Shown: positions 63,774-64,000 of the stretch, piece by piece
Layout: each line of letters begins with the position of its first letter
How positions within the stretch are numbered: the stretch's first letter is position 1
NCBI GenBank assembly: GCA_031398335.1
Contig: JANNNC010000045.1
Span: 8,917-72,916 of the forward strand
DNA from: Massilia sp.
GTDB taxonomy: Bacteria > Pseudomonadota > Gammaproteobacteria > Burkholderiales > Burkholderiaceae_D
DNA: 64,000 bases
Reading direction: 5' to 3'
Notes under the pieces: generated by a model
What the model was told of the DNA's origin: nothing
What the model saw: the letters and a program-made list of their open reading frames with translations, nothing else
Databases searched by the model: none
Made by a program: the position numbers and the translations under genes

Positions 63774-63849
63774 TGGTGGGCGCTGAGAGGCTCGAACTCC
63801 CGACCTAATCCTTGTAAGGGATCCGCTCTACCAACTGAGCTAAGCGCCC
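63774..63849 (-). tRNA. tRNA-Val (TAC)
   Basis: The reverse complement is GGGCGCTTAGCTCAGTTGGTAGAGCGGATCCCTTACAAGGATTAGGTCGGGAGTTCGAGCCTCTCAGCGCCCACCA. It forms a cloverleaf with anticodon loop CTTACAA. Confidence 0.95.
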
Positions 63850-63903
63850 GGCCTGCCGTATTCAGTTCATCTGACGTTTGTCACCGCGTCTGAAGAGGCC
63901 CGA

Positions 63904-63933
63904 ATCATAGCGTATGGCTGCGCGGATGTGCAA
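63904..63933 (-). promoter_or_regulatory. Sigma70-like promoter for the tRNA-Val/Asp operon
   Basis: On the minus strand: TTGCAC-18 nt-TATGAT, with an AT-rich upstream tract, about 50 nt before the tRNA-Val 5' end. Confidence 0.45.
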
Positions 63934-64000
63934 GGGTTTTTCTGAGAAAAAGTAAAAATGCCGCCGTTGCATCCGGCGCCCCGCACACGAACGCTGGCCT

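Overview
High-GC chromosomal segment whose gene content and order look betaproteobacterial (Burkholderiales/Oxalobacteraceae-like; this is inference from gene order, not a database hit). About 60 protein genes and 2 tRNAs are supported.

Core layout:
- 2.7-20 kb: one co-directional, tightly packed plus-strand block. It runs mlaFEDACB, an ABC-2 exporter pair, ibaG/bolA, murA, hisGD, a DNA methyltransferase, hisCBHAFIE, a HIT protein and tatABC.
- 20-37 kb: mostly accessory or secreted functions. These are a ferritin-like/DUF2384 pair, a TonB-dependent receptor, a lipoprotein hydrolase, an extracellular PHB depolymerase, a DUF885 protein, and a minus-strand operon of S9 peptidase, 1377-aa SNF2 helicase, bPH-like membrane protein and a small protein.
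- 37-64 kb: hemE, an AT-rich intergenic region, priA, an lpd-like gene, modAB, rep, slyX, a GMC-type oxidoreductase, a small islet, msrA, an esterase, two tandem dcp (M3 peptidase) paralogs, VF530, DUF4404, ygiQ, a GGDEF cyclase, a convergent PAS hybrid histidine kinase, and tRNA-Val/tRNA-Asp.

Observations most worth follow-up:
1. A 2.25-kb islet bounded by a perfect 24-bp direct repeat that duplicates the 5' end of the oxidoreductase gene. It carries a resolvase whose catalytic Ser is Asn, a frameshifted HigB-like toxin and an intact antitoxin.
2. An orphan beta-class DNA methyltransferase joined by ATGA overlaps to both hisD and hisC.
3. A cluster of DnaA-box-like 9-mers, including two copies of a 'box-AAG-box' module, in the AT-rich hemE-priA spacer.
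4. Translational coupling of an S9 peptidase, an SNF2 helicase, a membrane PH-like protein and a small protein.
5. A ferritin-like protein coupled to a stand-alone DUF2384 (antitoxin-type) domain protein.

No CRISPR array, transposase, rRNA or prophage was seen. All family assignments come from motif recognition by eye; no searches were run.
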